A DNA stretch of 64,000 nucleotides from Mobula birostris (GCF_030028105.1 NC_092372.1:156618058-156682057); one strand, 5' to 3'. Positions 13,126-26,638 are shown, counted from the stretch's first letter. Translations and numbers: made by a program. Notes: generated by a model from the letters alone, not told the origin.

Positions 13126-13144
13126 TTGCCACCAGGGGGCCTAT
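13126..13144 (+). promoter_or_regulatory. Candidate CTCF-binding site
   Basis: TTGCCACCAGGGGGCCTAT versus the canonical core CCACCAGGGGGCGC; lies in non-repeat DNA. Confidence 0.5.
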
Positions 13145-15004
13145 ATAACTCTTCCAAAAGTCCTAAGTAAAGATAGTAACTGTTGGAAATTCTCTGTAGT
13201 TCAGCCAGCATCTTTACGGAGAGAAAAAAAAACATCAGATAAATGATTTTTGATCTGACCTGAGAATTGTTGGAGGTAAAATGAGTGTTAGAAAGCAGAG
13301 AAAATGAAGGGGAGGAGATACCAGTTTTCCAGCATCTGCAATACTTTACTTTTATATGACAGTTTGAATGTCTTTTTGTTTTTCTTAATTCTATCGTCAT
13401 GTCTGTACTGTCAGCTTACCTCACATTATATCAATGCTGGTTAGAAAACTAATTGCATTCTCAATCACTAATGTTGCTCTATTCACATCAAATAGATTTC
13501 CTACTCTTTTCAGTTTGATATTTACAGCTCTAATCACAATCACTTTGCAACATTAACCTAGTTGCATGGTTGAATTTGATCTTGCAGTTCCGTGGTTTTT
13601 GCCTTAATCAATTCATATGCTCTAATTTTTACTTTCACATTTCTTACCTATGTCAGAGATTGCTAAGACTATTAGGGGACTTTGGATGTCTCTGTAGTGA
13701 TCTGATCAACCCAGCCCAAACAGTGCAGTGTCCAGGAAATGTGGTAATAACCATACAAGCCAAACAAAGTAACTTAAGTCTTAATTTGTTATCACAAAAC
13801 GGAAAGCACAAATAAACCACACTAAATACAATGTTGCAAGTTACAAAGATTTCAGGGCTCGTAATTCTTGGTCTCCACTTGATTGTTGCTGTCATCGTAG
13901 GACGTGATTGTCACTTGTCAGGGGAACTCCGAATTCCGACTCGTGAAACCATACTAGGCACCTGTTGATCGATGGATTCTTCAGTCTAGGAGAAGTTCGG
14001 AGGGAAGGGTGCCTCATTAAGTAGGAGTTCCATCCACAAGCATTGAGACGCAGAGAAAGACAGACTCTTTGGTCTTTTGTTTCCATGTTATTAAATAACC
14101 ATGGTTTCTTTCATTCAAACAACTCATGCTCATCGACAGGCATCCTCGTGTCACATGTACTTTGAGGCCAGGAAAGTCACTAGGCGCTATCATTAAATAT
14201 TAGACACTACCGTGATACCTTTCATGCTGTGAGTTCACAAAGAGTTACAGTCTCAGTTAAAAGAGAATGAGTAAGATTTGCGAACACCATATAGTGATCA
14301 GGAATGCAAGAGTCAGATTACAATCAATTTGGCACTTTATTTGTTTCATAGGGTGAAAGTTGTATAAAGCCCGTCATTCTAGGTTTACAACATTCTCTCA
14401 CGCCCATAGGCCCCCAATCAGCACAATTAGCACATACCACATAATGTACATTTTTTCACGAAACAATATCATTTTGACAAATCACAGGGTAATCAGCGGG
14501 GCTTGTCGGGTCCCAGCAGAAGTATGACATCCAACGAAACACAAGACTAACATTTAAACAGAACAAAGCAACATTCCAGCAGGAACCTCTAAAAACAAAA
14601 GCAGAGAGATTGTTAGAAGTGTTTTCATTCTTTCTAGGTTAATTTACACTTATCCACACACACACACAGGATGGGTCTGTTCTCGTACCATCACGCAGTA
14701 TGTACTCCCAATGCCTATCGGCAGTAATCTCATGCTCACTGTGCATTGGAAGGCAGGTATATTTACAAACAACTTACTCCCCCTTCCCTTGCAGAACTGA
14801 ATTGGCTCTCTATCAGCCTGTTTAGTTGTGCCATCAGGAGCGAAAGGAATAGATTTTTCTGTCATTAGCATAAGGGGAGAGCCTCCTTTCAGAGGGCAGT
14901 TGTTCAAATAACACAAAGCATTTGGAATGACAGGTAACTATCCAGCTAAGGTGTGGGCAGGAGAGAGTAAACAAATTTGTTGTTTTAATAGGCCACTCAT
15001 TCAT

Positions 15005-15770
15005 TCAGACCACTGGCCTGTGGAAGGCCCACTGTACACTATTAAAGACAGCCCACTCTTGTACCCTGGAACCTGTAAAGTGTGAACCATTATGGGATTG
15101 AATTTCAAAGGGATCGCCGTATGCAGGAACAAGATGTTCCAATCCCCAAAGGGTATCATCCTGATCAGTTTGAACAGTAGGGATTGCCATTGAAAGACTG
15201 GCTACTGTAGTGAGGAGGGGCTGGGATCACTTCTGTAAAGGAAAAGGACAGACATAATCTATTTGCCAAACCTGAGCAGAGTCATGCCCATGGTGAATAG
15301 TAGCTAAGGGTTGCTTTGCAAGCTGTCTGTCCTTATTTCTAAACGTAACCTACTGCTGTGCGAGCTGAAGTACTTCAGTTGGAGGGAATAATCCCTGCTG
15401 CCGAGACCACTCCACTGTACCCTGTACCCCAAATGACCAGAAGATTCATGGGCCCACCGTGCTGCTGCTGACCAGGAGTCCAAAGATCAAAGGAACACCC
15501 CACACAACAGGTGAAACTTCAGGTGGGGGTGACATAGCTTGAGAGGACTCAGCAACCAGTTCATGTATTTCACTAATTTTATCCTATCCCCTTGATGCTC
15601 GTTCAGAAATATACCACTTCCAGTTGACAATTGTACTCTGTTGTGCACACCGTACCTTATGGGTAAGTGTGCCAAAGAATACCCATCCCATTATAGGAAG
15701 GTCGGGGGTGGAGGGGTTAGACCATATCCCTGTGTACGGATGTGGATTCCCATGTAATAAGACCAAATCC
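15005..15770 (-). pseudogene. pol: Class III ERV pol remnant (RT connection region and integrase)
   Basis: ORFs 15584-15766 and 15005-15190, plus a frameshifted HHCC/WQIDY segment at 15250-15470. Confidence 0.75.
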
Positions 15771-15784
15771 CCTGTTCCCCTGTA

Positions 15785-17221
15785 CAGGTGTCCCCTGCTT
15801 TTCGAACGTTCACTTTATGAAACCTCGCTGTTACGAAAGACCTACATGAGTTACCTGTTTTCGCTAACAGAAGGTGTTTTCACTGTTACGAAAAAAGGGC
15901 AGTGTGTGCCCTGAGCAGCCAAGCTCCTCCCCCGGAACTGCATTCTAGCCGGCATTGCTTAAACACGTGCCTGTGAGCAGCCATTAGCAAGATGAGTCCT
16001 AAGGTATCGGAAAAACCTAAAAGAGCTCATAAGGGTGTTACACTTAGCGTAAAGCTAGACATAATTAATTGTGTTTTAATAGTGGTGAACTAAGTAAGGA
16101 CAAAGTGAGTTTGGCTTGTGAAAGTTGATGAAGATGATGTTGAAGAGGTTTTGGCATCCTATGACCAAGAACCAAGAACTGATAGATGAAGAGCTGATGC
16201 AATTGGAAGAGGAAAGGATAACAATTGAAACCAAATGCAGTAGCGAACGAACCAAAAGTGAAGTCGTCCAGGAACTGAACATGAAACAACTGCGTGAGAT
16301 GATAGAAAAATGCATGATAGCAGTCAAGCATACTGTCATTTTTCAAGCCTTCCACATCAGCCGATGAAAACCTTCAACATCGAGGCAGGCAGACATAGAA
16401 GATGACCTGCCTGCCCTGATGGAAACAGACAACGATGAGATGACACCCCAGTGTCCCACCACCCCAAGCCCTGGGCTGCAGACCGATACATTGCCGCGGA
16501 GAATGCAGTGGTAGCCGGGACACACCCAACACATTTTTAAGAAAAAAGCCGAAATAAACAAGCTAATTAATTGCGATTGCGTCGCCTCTGATCTGAGCCG
16601 ACATTTACATGCCGGGTGGCACCTAATTAATTAGCTTGTTTATTTCGGCTTTTTTCTTAAAGGCGTGCTGGGTGCGTCCTGGCCACCGCTGGACCGCTGC
16701 ATGCTTCGCGGATCGGTATCGGTTCACTGCCCGGAGGGTGGGGACCACTGCTCCACACCAACCTCCGACGGCTCAGCCTAACACACCATCATCAGTGTGC
16801 TGAGCGCTGTCTTCCCAATTCCGGTAAGTGATACTACACTGTACATACATTATTTCTACTTTATATAGGCTGTATTTTTATGCGTTATTTGGTATGATTT
16901 GGCAGCTTCATAGCTTAAAGGTTACAGGAGAGAGTGTTTCTGCCGAAAGCGCTTGCGTGAGATTTTCACTACGGAGAACAGTACGGCAATGATTGTAGAG
17001 AAGTATTTCTACTTTATATAGGCTGTGTATTTATCATATTATTCCTGCTTTTACTATATGTTACTGTTATTTTAGGTTTTATGTGTTATTTGGTATGATT
17101 TGGTAGGTTATTTTTTGGGTCTGTGAACGCTCACAAATTTTTCACATATAAATATATGGTAATTGCTTCTTCAGTTTACGACATTCCGGCTTACGAACCG
17201 TTTCATAGGAACGCTCTACCT
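15785..17221 (+). mobile_element. Tigger1-like (pogo) internally deleted transposon, right TIR truncated
   Basis: TA followed by the CAGGTGTCCCC terminus. N-terminal MSPKVSEKPKRAHKGVTLSVKLDII (CENP-B/psq HTH start) is joined to C-terminal DVEEVLASYDQE..DEELMQLEEE. Confidence 0.8.
16449..16750. mobile_element. hAT MITE (same family as 9142-9386) inside the Tigger element
   Basis: Shares the aagaaaaaagccgaaataaacaagctaattaatt arms and the ggggaccactg terminus. Confidence 0.75.
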
Positions 17222-17492
17222 AGAGCTTTCTTGGTATTTAACTGTCACAATGCAGTCATAGAAATCCACCCTACTTGAGGCAGAGAATCCCTCTTAAGAG
17301 GAAAAAGTATATGCTTAAGACATTGTGATATTGCACATGGAAGCTTAATATTAGACAATTCACTAAATGTCTTCTCCTAACATTGGGGAGGACCCCATTT
17401 ATACAGAGCATTAGCCAGCGATCCAAAACCCTCCGAGTTTTCCATCCATCCGGGGACCTTGTGTCTTGGCTATGGTATCACTCATCTTGCTT

Positions 17493-20470
17493 AAAGAGAG
17501 TGAACACTCACAAGGCAGGAGGTCCTGATAGAGTACCTGGTAAGGCCCTGAAAACCTGTGCCAACCAACTAGTGGGAGTATTCAAGGACATTTTCAATCT
17601 CTCACTGCTACAGGTGGAAGTTCCCACTTGTTTCAAAAAGGCAACAATTATACCAGTGCCTAAGAAGAATAATGTGAGCTTGTCATAATGAGGGCGCTGG
17701 GAGCAGAACCCAAATGCAAGACACAGACACTGAAGCACTAGGAACAGGACTAGGCGTGACAAGGAAGCGAGGGAAGAGAGGAAGAAATGACGCTGGACAT
17801 TGACACAGACCCTGGGCGAGACAAGGATTCAGGGCCTGGGCTAGGACTTGACTAGGATAGCGGAACCAGGACATGGAACTGGGAATGAGGAGCCTGGGCT
17901 TGGACTCCGAGCCAGAGACTGGACAAGGACCCGAAACCTGGGTCTTGACTCGGACTCGGACCCTGGATCCAGGTGAAGGCATGACGAGGCTTGGGTTCTT
18001 CGAGCTTGGGATATGGACTCCGAGCCAGAGACTGGGCAAGGACCCAGAACCTGGGACTTGACTCGGGCTCGGATTCCAGAACTAGGACGAGGAGAGGCAA
18101 CAGGACTGGACGTGAGACTCCTGGACAGGGCAAAGGAACCCCAGCACAGGACGAGAGAACCCCAGCACCGGGCTGGGCAAAGTACTCCTGGGCTGGGCAA
18201 GACACATGGACAAGACGGGAACACAAAGCCGTGGCTTGAACAGGGCAAGGTTCTTGGACATGGCTAGGTCTGGACGAGACCCTGAAGTCTTGAATAGGTC
18301 GAGGGAGAGACAGGAACATGGAACACAGAGCCGGGACCCCTCCTTGGAGACAGGACATAGGGCCAGAACTCATACACAGAACACAGAGCCAGGACTCCTC
18401 CTTGGGTACAGGACGTAGGGCCGGGACTCATTACACAGAATGCAGAATACAACAAGACATTTCCCAACACAGGGCAGCAGCAGACGGCCGGACCTACCTA
18501 GAGAAGGCATGGACACAGACGGTTCCCAATACTAGGTAGCAGCAAACAGCCAGACCTCCCCAGCAAAGGCATGGATACAGACGGTTCCCAACACTAAGTA
18601 GCGGCAAACGGCTGGACCTACCTAGCAAAGGCATGGACACAGAGACAGTTCAAAACAACGATGACAATTCCTTATCTTGCTCCAGTAATTGAACTTGACA
18701 GTGGTGCAGGTCAGGGTTATAGGCGAGGCAAGACTTCAGGCGAGGCAAGACAAGGCTTCAGACACTGGTTGCAGGCCAAGGCTAGCAAAGGCATGGACAC
18801 AGAGACAGTTCAAAACAACGATAGACAGTTCCTTATCTTGCTCTGACAATTGAACTTGACAGCAGTGCAGGTGAGGGTTACAGGCAAGGCAAGGCTTCAG
18901 ACAAGGGAACAGAAGGGATTCAGACAGTGGGTATGGACAGGAACAATCCGGCAGCCAGAGGCTGAATTCTGAAGCTATTTATGAAGCCAGCCCAAACGAG
19001 AATCAACTGCCTCAACAGAAACTGGGGAAAACTGGAAAACCTGGAATAAGGAACTGGACCGGACCGTGAACCGGAATGTGGATATCACAGACCAGACCAT
19101 GACAGAACTGCCTTAATGACTATCACCTGGTAGCACTCATATCGACAGTGATGAAATGCTTTGAGAGGCTGGTCATGACTATACTGAACTCCTGCCTCAG
19201 TGAGGACCTGGACCCATAGTAATTTGCCTATCGCCACAATAGGTCAACGGCAGACGCAATCTAATGGCTCTCCACACGACTTTAGACCACCTGGACACCA
19301 CAAACACCTACGTCAGGATGCTGTTCATCAACTATAGCTCCAGCATTTAATACCATCATCCTCACAATCCTGACTGAGAAGTTGCAGAACCTGGTCCTTG
19401 GTACCTCCCTCTGCAATTGGATCCTCAACTTCCTAACCAGAAGACCATAGTCTGTGAGGATTGGTGATAACATATCCTCCTCGTTGAGGACCAACACTGG
19501 TGCACCTCAGGTGTGTGTGCTTAGCCCACTGCTCTACTCTCTATAGGAGCATGACTGTGTGGCTAGGCATAGCTCGAATACCATCTATAAATTTGCTGAT
19601 GATACAACCATTGTTGGTAGAATCTCAGATGGTGACGAGAGGGCATACAGGAGTGAGATATGCCAACTAGTGGAATGGTGCTGCAGCAACAACCTGGTAC
19701 TCAGTGTTAGTAAGATGAAGAGCTGATTGTGGACTCCGGGAAGGGTAAGACGAAGGAACACATACCAATCCTCATAGAGAGATCAGAAGTGGAGAGAGTG
19801 AGCAGTTTCAAGTTCCTGGGTGCCAAGATCTCTGAGGACCTAACCTGGTCCCAACATATTGATGCAGTTATAAAGATGGCAAGACAGTGGCTATACTTTA
19901 TTAGGAGTTTGAAGAGATTTGTCATGTCAACAAATACACTCAAAAACTTCTATAGTTGTACTGTGGAGAGCATCCTGACAGGCTGCATCACTGTCTGGTA
20001 TGGAGGGGCTACTGCACAGGACTGAAAGAAGCTGCAGAAGGTTGTAAATCTAGTCAGCTCCATCTTGGGTACTAGCCTACAAAACACCCAGGACATCTTC
20101 AGCGAGTTGTGTCTCAGAAAGGCAGTGTCCATTATTAAGGACCTCCAGCACCCAGGTCATGCCCTTTTCTCACTGTTACCATCAGGTAGGAGGTACAGAA
20201 GCCTGAAGGCACACAGTCAGTGCTTCAGGAACAGCTTCTTCCCCTCTGCCATCTGATTCCTAAATGGATAATGAATCTTTGGACACTACCTCACTTTTTT
20301 TTAAATATACAGTATTTCTGTTTTGCACATTTTTAAAAATTTATTCCATATATGTAATTGATTTACTTGTTTTTTATTTTTTTTCTCTGTTAGATTATGT
20401 GTTGCATTGAACTGCTGCTGCTAAGTTAACAAATTTCACGTCACATGCCGGTGATAATAAACCTGATTCT
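17493..20470 (+). mobile_element. Rex1/Babar LINE (RT and 3' end), split by a solo LTR
   Basis: [27 protein letters not shown], then LNDY, PQ.CVLSPLLYS, FADDTTIVG and GRRYRSLK..FRNSFFPSAI; aataaacctgattct tail. Confidence 0.9.
17681..19104 (-). mobile_element. Solo LTR (Gypsy-type) rich in internal tandem repeats
   Basis: TGTCAT...ATGACA termini; 5-bp TSD gagct/gaact; the Rex sequence resumes directly after it. Confidence 0.85.
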
Positions 20471-22344
20471 AATTGCTTGTCCACCACCACATTTTCCTGG
20501 ACCCTGCTTGCAGCACTAAAGTGTTATGGGCTGGGTTGATCAGACCCAAAAGACCCAAGCAATTCGAGTGTCCAGAAAATGTGGTAATAAGCGTACAAAC
20601 ACAACAAGATAACGTAAGCCTAATTTATTATCATTAAGCTGAAAGCACAAATAAATCATACTAAATGCTATGCTGTAAATTACAAAGATTTCAGGACTCA
20701 CAGTTCGTAGTCTCCCACTTGATTGTTGCTGTCATTGGGGAAACTCTGAATTCCCACTTGTGAGACCCTGTGTGTGCTGTAGGCACCTATCGATCATGGT
20801 TCTTCAGTCTAGGTGAAGTCCCAAGAACCGAGGGACAGGTGCGTCAATAAATAGGGTTCAATCCACAAGCATTGAGGGAGACACAGAGACTGATAAACTC
20901 TTTGATCTTTTGTTCTCATGCACTAACTCAACATGGCTTATTTCACTGAAAGAACTCATGTTCATCAACGGACATCCTCACGCTACTTGTGCCTTGAGGC
21001 CAGGAAAGACACCAGCTGCTATCAGCAAACATTAGACATTAACGATCCTACCATGGTAGCTTACGTGCTGAGAGCTCACAAAGTGTATCACTGGGAACTG
21101 TTCGGATTTTCATCTCATATTTTACACATTTTTAATACACCACAGCACAGTCCCCCAATAGACTTCAGCAATCTCAGAGACAGCATTGTTTACCTTCAGA
21201 ACTCACTGAAGTTCCTCTTCCTTAGACCTGTTGTATTGCAAGTCCCTCTAACATTATTTTGTAGGTGTGGACAAAACTGTGCAGATATTTTCCAGTTCCT
21301 TTTTGTGACAGTTCATTGACTTTGATCTGTGGAGATGTCAAGCAGAGGCTTCACTATGGAATTGTTTGTTCAGTACATTTTGTTTGTCCAGAAACACCTG
21401 CCACACAACCAAGTACATGCATTGCCTTATCTCAGTGTATACTGATAGAAATTATTTGCTTTAGATTATTTTTAGCTTTTATGGTTGACTAGCAACCCAG
21501 ATGTCAACCACAAAAAAAAATCAAACCTAGAAAACACTAATAAACACTGGAGAGCTTTCTTATAAAATAAAGGAGATCTTCACCTATCGCAGACCTCTCT
21601 CCCGTGGCACCCCCTTTTGAACTGTCCTTTCGATTGCTGGCCCCAACCGCTGAAAGGGACCAGCTCACATGTATTCACTCTCCGTTCAGGATGAGGACTG
21701 CCCCCAGATGCCATGTGCGATCTTTCTCAGTCTGCCATGCCATTGAAGTTTTGGAACTTGCTGTTTCTGCTTTAACTTAAATCCCTTCTCATTTATTTTC
21801 CTCAATATCCTTTCTATTCTATGCAATTCAACTTGTCATCTACCTTCAGCATCCAGCCTTCATTACAGAGTACTATTACTATCACACTTTAGCATGCTAT
21901 CCGTGGGTTTCTGTCACACTCTCGGTGTCTTCTGCCTTCGTGTTGTTGTGGGTGTGTTTCCATCAACTGTGGTCAGGTCTGGTGTGGCCGGCTGGTGTTC
22001 ATCTCTTAAGTTCTCTGTAAATACACTGTTACTGGCTACACTTGATCCCCCATTCTGTCTGGGAGCAACAAGAAGGTGAGTCTTATGGTTTAACCTGAGT
22101 CCAGTGTTTCCACTGGCTGCCTTGCCAAGTCTGGGCACAGACACATATCACCTGTTAAAAGTATCATGTGTGCTCCTATTCATCTGGGAGCAAACCCTGC
22201 ACTTCCAGGCAGCACCCTCACCATGTCTTGCTCACCCAGCTGTGGGAGGACTATCTCCTTTCCCTCCAGCTCTCTCTGATCAGCAATGTGCTGCTGTCGT
22301 TTTGCTTGGGTCTTCAACACTTTTAAGTTGGTTACAAGAGTCTT

Positions 22345-23001
22345 AAAGCTGCTGCGGAGGTTGACTTTATGGTTAAGAAGCATACGATGCATTGGCCTTC
22401 ATCAATCATGGGACTGAGTTTAGGAACCGAGAGGTAATGTTGCAGTTATATGGGACCCTGGTCAGACCCCACTCAGAGTACTGTGCTGAATTCTGGTCGC
22501 CTCACTACAGGAAGGATGTGGAAACCGTAGAAGGGGTGCAGAGGAGATTTACAAGGATGTTGCCTGGATTGGGGAGCATGCCTTATGAGAATAGGTTCAG
22601 TAAACTTGCCTTTTTTCCTTGGAGCGACCGAGGATGAGAGGTGACCTGATAGAGATGTATAAGATGATGAGAGGCAGTGATTGTGTGGATAGTCAGAGGC
22701 TTTTTCCCAGGGCTGAAATGGCTAACATGAGAGGGCACAGTTTTAGGGTGCTTGAAAGTAGGTACAGAGGAGATGTCAGGGGTAAGTTTTTTACGCAGAG
22801 GCTGGTGAGCGCATGGAATGGGCTGCTGGTGGAGGCGGATATGATAGGGTCTTTTAAGCGACGCCTGGACAGGTACATGGAGCTCAGAAGAATAGAGGGC
22901 TATGGGTAACCCTAGGTAATTTCTCAGGTAAGGATATGTTCAGCAGAGTTTTGTGGGCCGAAGGGCCTGTATTGTGCTGTAGGTTTTCTGTGTTTCTATG
23001 T
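22345..23001 (+). mobile_element. CR1 LINE 3' fragment inserted in the ERV integrase
   Basis: LVRPHSEYCAEFWSPHYRKD, RMRGDLIEMYK, and a (tttctatg)-like tail. Confidence 0.88.
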
Positions 23002-23220
23002 CTTTTATATACTGTGTCATTCTGTCCCCGTAATTACCCCATAAGGGAGTCGTGTTGCTTGCCCCATGAATAATTTGTAGCGGGCTGAGACCCAGCATGC
23101 AGTTTAGGGCTGCTCACAATCTCATCAGGATTCTTGGTAATACATCAACCCTTGTCTTTCCTGATCCAGCTATAGCTTTGGCTAAGACAATCTTGATTGT
23201 TTGGTTTATCCTTTCTACCA

Positions 23221-23660
23221 GAATCAGAATCAGAATCTGGTTTATTATCATCAGCATGTGTTGTGAAATTTGTTAACTTAGTAGCAGCAGTTTAATGCAA
23301 TACATAATATAGAAGAAGAAGAAAAAAAAATAGTAAGTAAATCAATTACAGTTTACGTATATTGAACAGATTAAAATGGTGCATAAAACAGAAATAATAT
23401 ACAAACGTTTGTATATTAAAAAGTGAGGTAGTGTTCACGGGTTCAATGTCTATATAGGAATCAGATGGCAGAGGGGTAGAAGCTGTTCCTGAATCACTGA
23501 GTGTGTGCCTTCAAGCTTCTGTACCTCCTACCTGATGGTAACAGTGAGAAAAAGGCATGCCCTGGGTGCTGGAGGTCCTTAATAATGGAAGCTGCTTTTC
23601 TGAGACACCGCTTCTTGAAGATATTCTGGGTACTTTGTAGGCTAGTTCCCAAGATAGAGC
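23221..23660 (-). mobile_element. Rex1/Babar LINE 3' fragment inserted in the ERV
   Basis: (gaatca)n tail and the reverse complement of the Rex C-terminus. Confidence 0.8.
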
Positions 23661-23948
23661 TCTGAGTGTGGTAGGGTATGTAGGACCTTACCTGAACTCT
23701 GAGGGTGGTAGAGTATGTGGAACCATTGTCAGATCCCTAGTAGCACATTTTCTTCACCACTTTCCCTGTGAAATGTGCTCTCTGATTCAAGTCCACCTGG
23801 ACTGGGATTCCCCACTTTGGGAGGATTTCCTGAACTAGAATCCATGCAACGGTGCTGGTGGAGCAGTCCCTTGTTGGGAAAGCCTCTACTCACTGTGTGA
23901 AATGACCCATAGCTACTGGACGGTAGTTTTCCCCTGTGTTTTGGCAGG

Positions 23949-24739
23949 TGTGACGGGGTTCAGAATTATCCCTATGTACCGTGCTTTTGAAAAGAGAGAG
24001 AGTTATTTAACACCGACATCTTGTTTTTAAGAGAGAGAGAGAGAGAGAGAGAGGCGAAGACTGCTCACAGCATGCTTATACTTTCTCCAAGGACGCTGTC
24101 TGCTTGGAAATTCTTAGAGAGAGAGAGAAAGGAGGAGCTGTTTGAGTGACAGTTGGTATTCAGCACGGTCAGATGCTAGACCTCAGACACATGGTTTTGG
24201 GCACTGAATGAGCTTTGTTGTGCCCACAGAAAAGATGGGTTTTGGAGGATTGATTAGGCAGATCGATCAGTGGCTCTTGCAGTGTGAGAAGGGTGTGACC
24301 GGTGGGGAGTTGTTTGTGTGGTCAACCCTCGCCTGGGTTGATAGCTCCATCACAGAAGAACAGTCCCCTTTGTTGTGGTCGCAGTCGGTGAACTTTTAAA
24401 GGATTTCGGAGGACAACGGGAAGATCAATGGCGTCAGCTCACCTGAAGACTCAAATCTCTCCCTCTCTTTCCATCACTACTCAACTCAATACCACGAACT
24501 GAACTGAACTTTATTCATCATCGTAAGACTGTCTATTTACCCCTAGACTTGAAGAAGCTTTGTTTTCATATATTTCCACACTTACTTACATATAATCATA
24601 GCTAACCTGTTTGATTTATCTGCATTTATATTACTGTTTTGCGTAGTTACTAATAAATAACATTAGTTAATAGCAATACTGGACTCCAAAGTGTTTTCCA
24701 TTTCTGCTGGTTCTTTAACCCATCACAGGGTACGTGACA
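23949..24739 (+). mobile_element. Solo LTR inserted in the ERV integrase
   Basis: TGTGACG...CGTGACA termini, perfect 4-bp TSD cagg/cagg, AATAAA at about 24652. Confidence 0.85.
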
Positions 24740-26638
24740 CAGGAGCCTTGTGAAGTTTATTTGGATGATTTCCCAGGGTCCTCTCAGTCTGCCAGCAGTA
24801 GCTTTATGCCCTGACCAGGGTTATGCTGGGCACGAATCATACAACAGCGGCAGAATTTCTCAACATTCTCGTCCATCCCTGGCCACCGCCAGTCCTGCTG
24901 GATGGTCACCTGATGCATCACCTCATATTATAACTTCAGTAGTATCTGCCTAATACATGGTGGGGCCACCGCGACTCCTTCCTCCCCATGGGTCCAGCTC
25001 CAATATGATTCGTCCTTTGCTCCATTTCTCCTTCTCTTCTGCCTCCACCTCTTCATCTAGTTTTACTAAACTGGCTTTGGTCGTTTCTTCCTGTACACTT
25101 GCAATTTCAATTGCCTCTTGTTCCTCTGCTGCCTTCTTCGCAGTGATGTCTGCCCACTCATTTCTTTTCAGCTCCTTACTGTCCCCTTTCTGGTGAGCTC
25201 TTACTTTGATTATTGCCACATGTGTTGGCAGACTCGCTGCTTCCTGCAGTTGTTGTATTAGGTGCCCAGGCTGAATATCTGCACTTATTGAGGGTACTGA
25301 TCCTCATTGCGCCCATGTCATCAGATAACCAAAGGCATACCGGCTGTCTGTATATATATTTACTTGTCTGCCTTTACTGTTGTGCAGTGCTTCTATCAGG
25401 GCTACCAGTTCCTCCATCTGAGCTGAACAACCCCCTGGCAGTGCTCTCGAAGTCAATTCTTTACCTGTTTCCTTTACCATGGCCCACCCAGTCCTGGGCT
25501 TCCCCTTTATGTACCTCTGAGACCCATCTATAAAAACTTCCTGCTTCCCCTTCCAGAGGTGTTTACTTCGCTTCGATATCTTCTTCCTGCTCTATTTCCA
25601 TTTGGCACTCATGTGCCTTCCCCTCTGTTAGGATGGTGTATGTGGAATTCATCCCAGTGTCCCTAACTATTGTCACTGACTTGTCTTGGGGATGAGAAGT
25701 GCCTCGCAAGCTGACCTCCTGCTGTCAGTGACTGCTGTTAGCCTCCCCGTCTTTATGAGCTCTGCACTGTATGGAGTGTGTGTAGCATGAGTTGTCCCAT
25801 CATTACAACTGGTTCGCTTACTCGCAATGCCCGTGTGGCGCAGTCTAATGCTGCTACACAGCGGGGAAGTCCTGCCGCAATGGGTGTCGGTTTCATTGAA
25901 TAGTATGCCACTGGCCTTCTTGTGTCCCCATGCTCTTGCACCACCACTATGTTGTAATCCCCTCCTTTAATCAAGGCATGTATTGGGGCTGTTAGTGTTG
26001 GGAACCTTGGTATGAAATTACTGCAGTAATTGAATAGACCCATTACCTTCCTCACTCCCCTAATGTTTACTGGGCAGGGCATGAAGCTGACTGCCGAACG
26101 CTGCCATCTGACATCTCCTTCCTCTGCTGGATACTGTGCGGTTTGCTTTCTTATCTGAGCCTTGTGTGGACTGATTTTAAACCCCTTGTTTCACCGTATC
26201 TCTAAAACGCTGGCAATCGCCGCTAAATGACCTGCTTCATCTTCCAAAGCAATGAGTAGAACATCTTTATATTGGAAGATGGCCGACTAGTAGGGTGCTA
26301 GATTGAGCTTTTCCAAAGTCAGTGCCATGACCTTATGAAAAGTGGCCAGGCTAGTGTGGAATATCCTGGGGAAATCTGATCTATGTATACTGCTTCCCAC
26401 CCAGAGTGACGGCAAATCTATCATGGGGCTCAGGTGCTAAGGGGAGCCCCAAAATCCAAAAGCGATATCCAGGACTGAAAAATTTGTTATGAAGACAAGC
26501 CGTTCAGGACTGTTGCAGGGCCCATCACAATGGGATGCAATCTCGGTGTGGTCTTGTTATGGGCAGTATAGTCTATTGTTAACTGATATGATTCATCGGG
26601 CTTCTTTACTGGCCATATAGGTAAGTTAGTAGTTGACA

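Larger units (their letters stand above)
13680..21090 (-). mobile_element. Decayed class III (ERV-S/ERV-L-like) endogenous retrovirus, interrupted by Tigger and Rex insertions
   Basis: Diverged LTR pair at about 13680-14392 and 20522-21090. PPT-like gggcgtgagagaa next to the left LTR. Ser-like PBS at about 20499-20518. pol remnants AQQSTIVNWKWYI, WAHESSGH, WQIDYV.P.P and IQSHNGSHFTG..VQEWA. Confidence 0.75.

Noticed and set aside
17683-18850. Cluster of overlapping 60-170 aa ORFs with a CRISPR-like repetitive appearance
   Set aside because: These are tandem repeats inside a solo LTR. There are no unique spacers and the translations are low-complexity.
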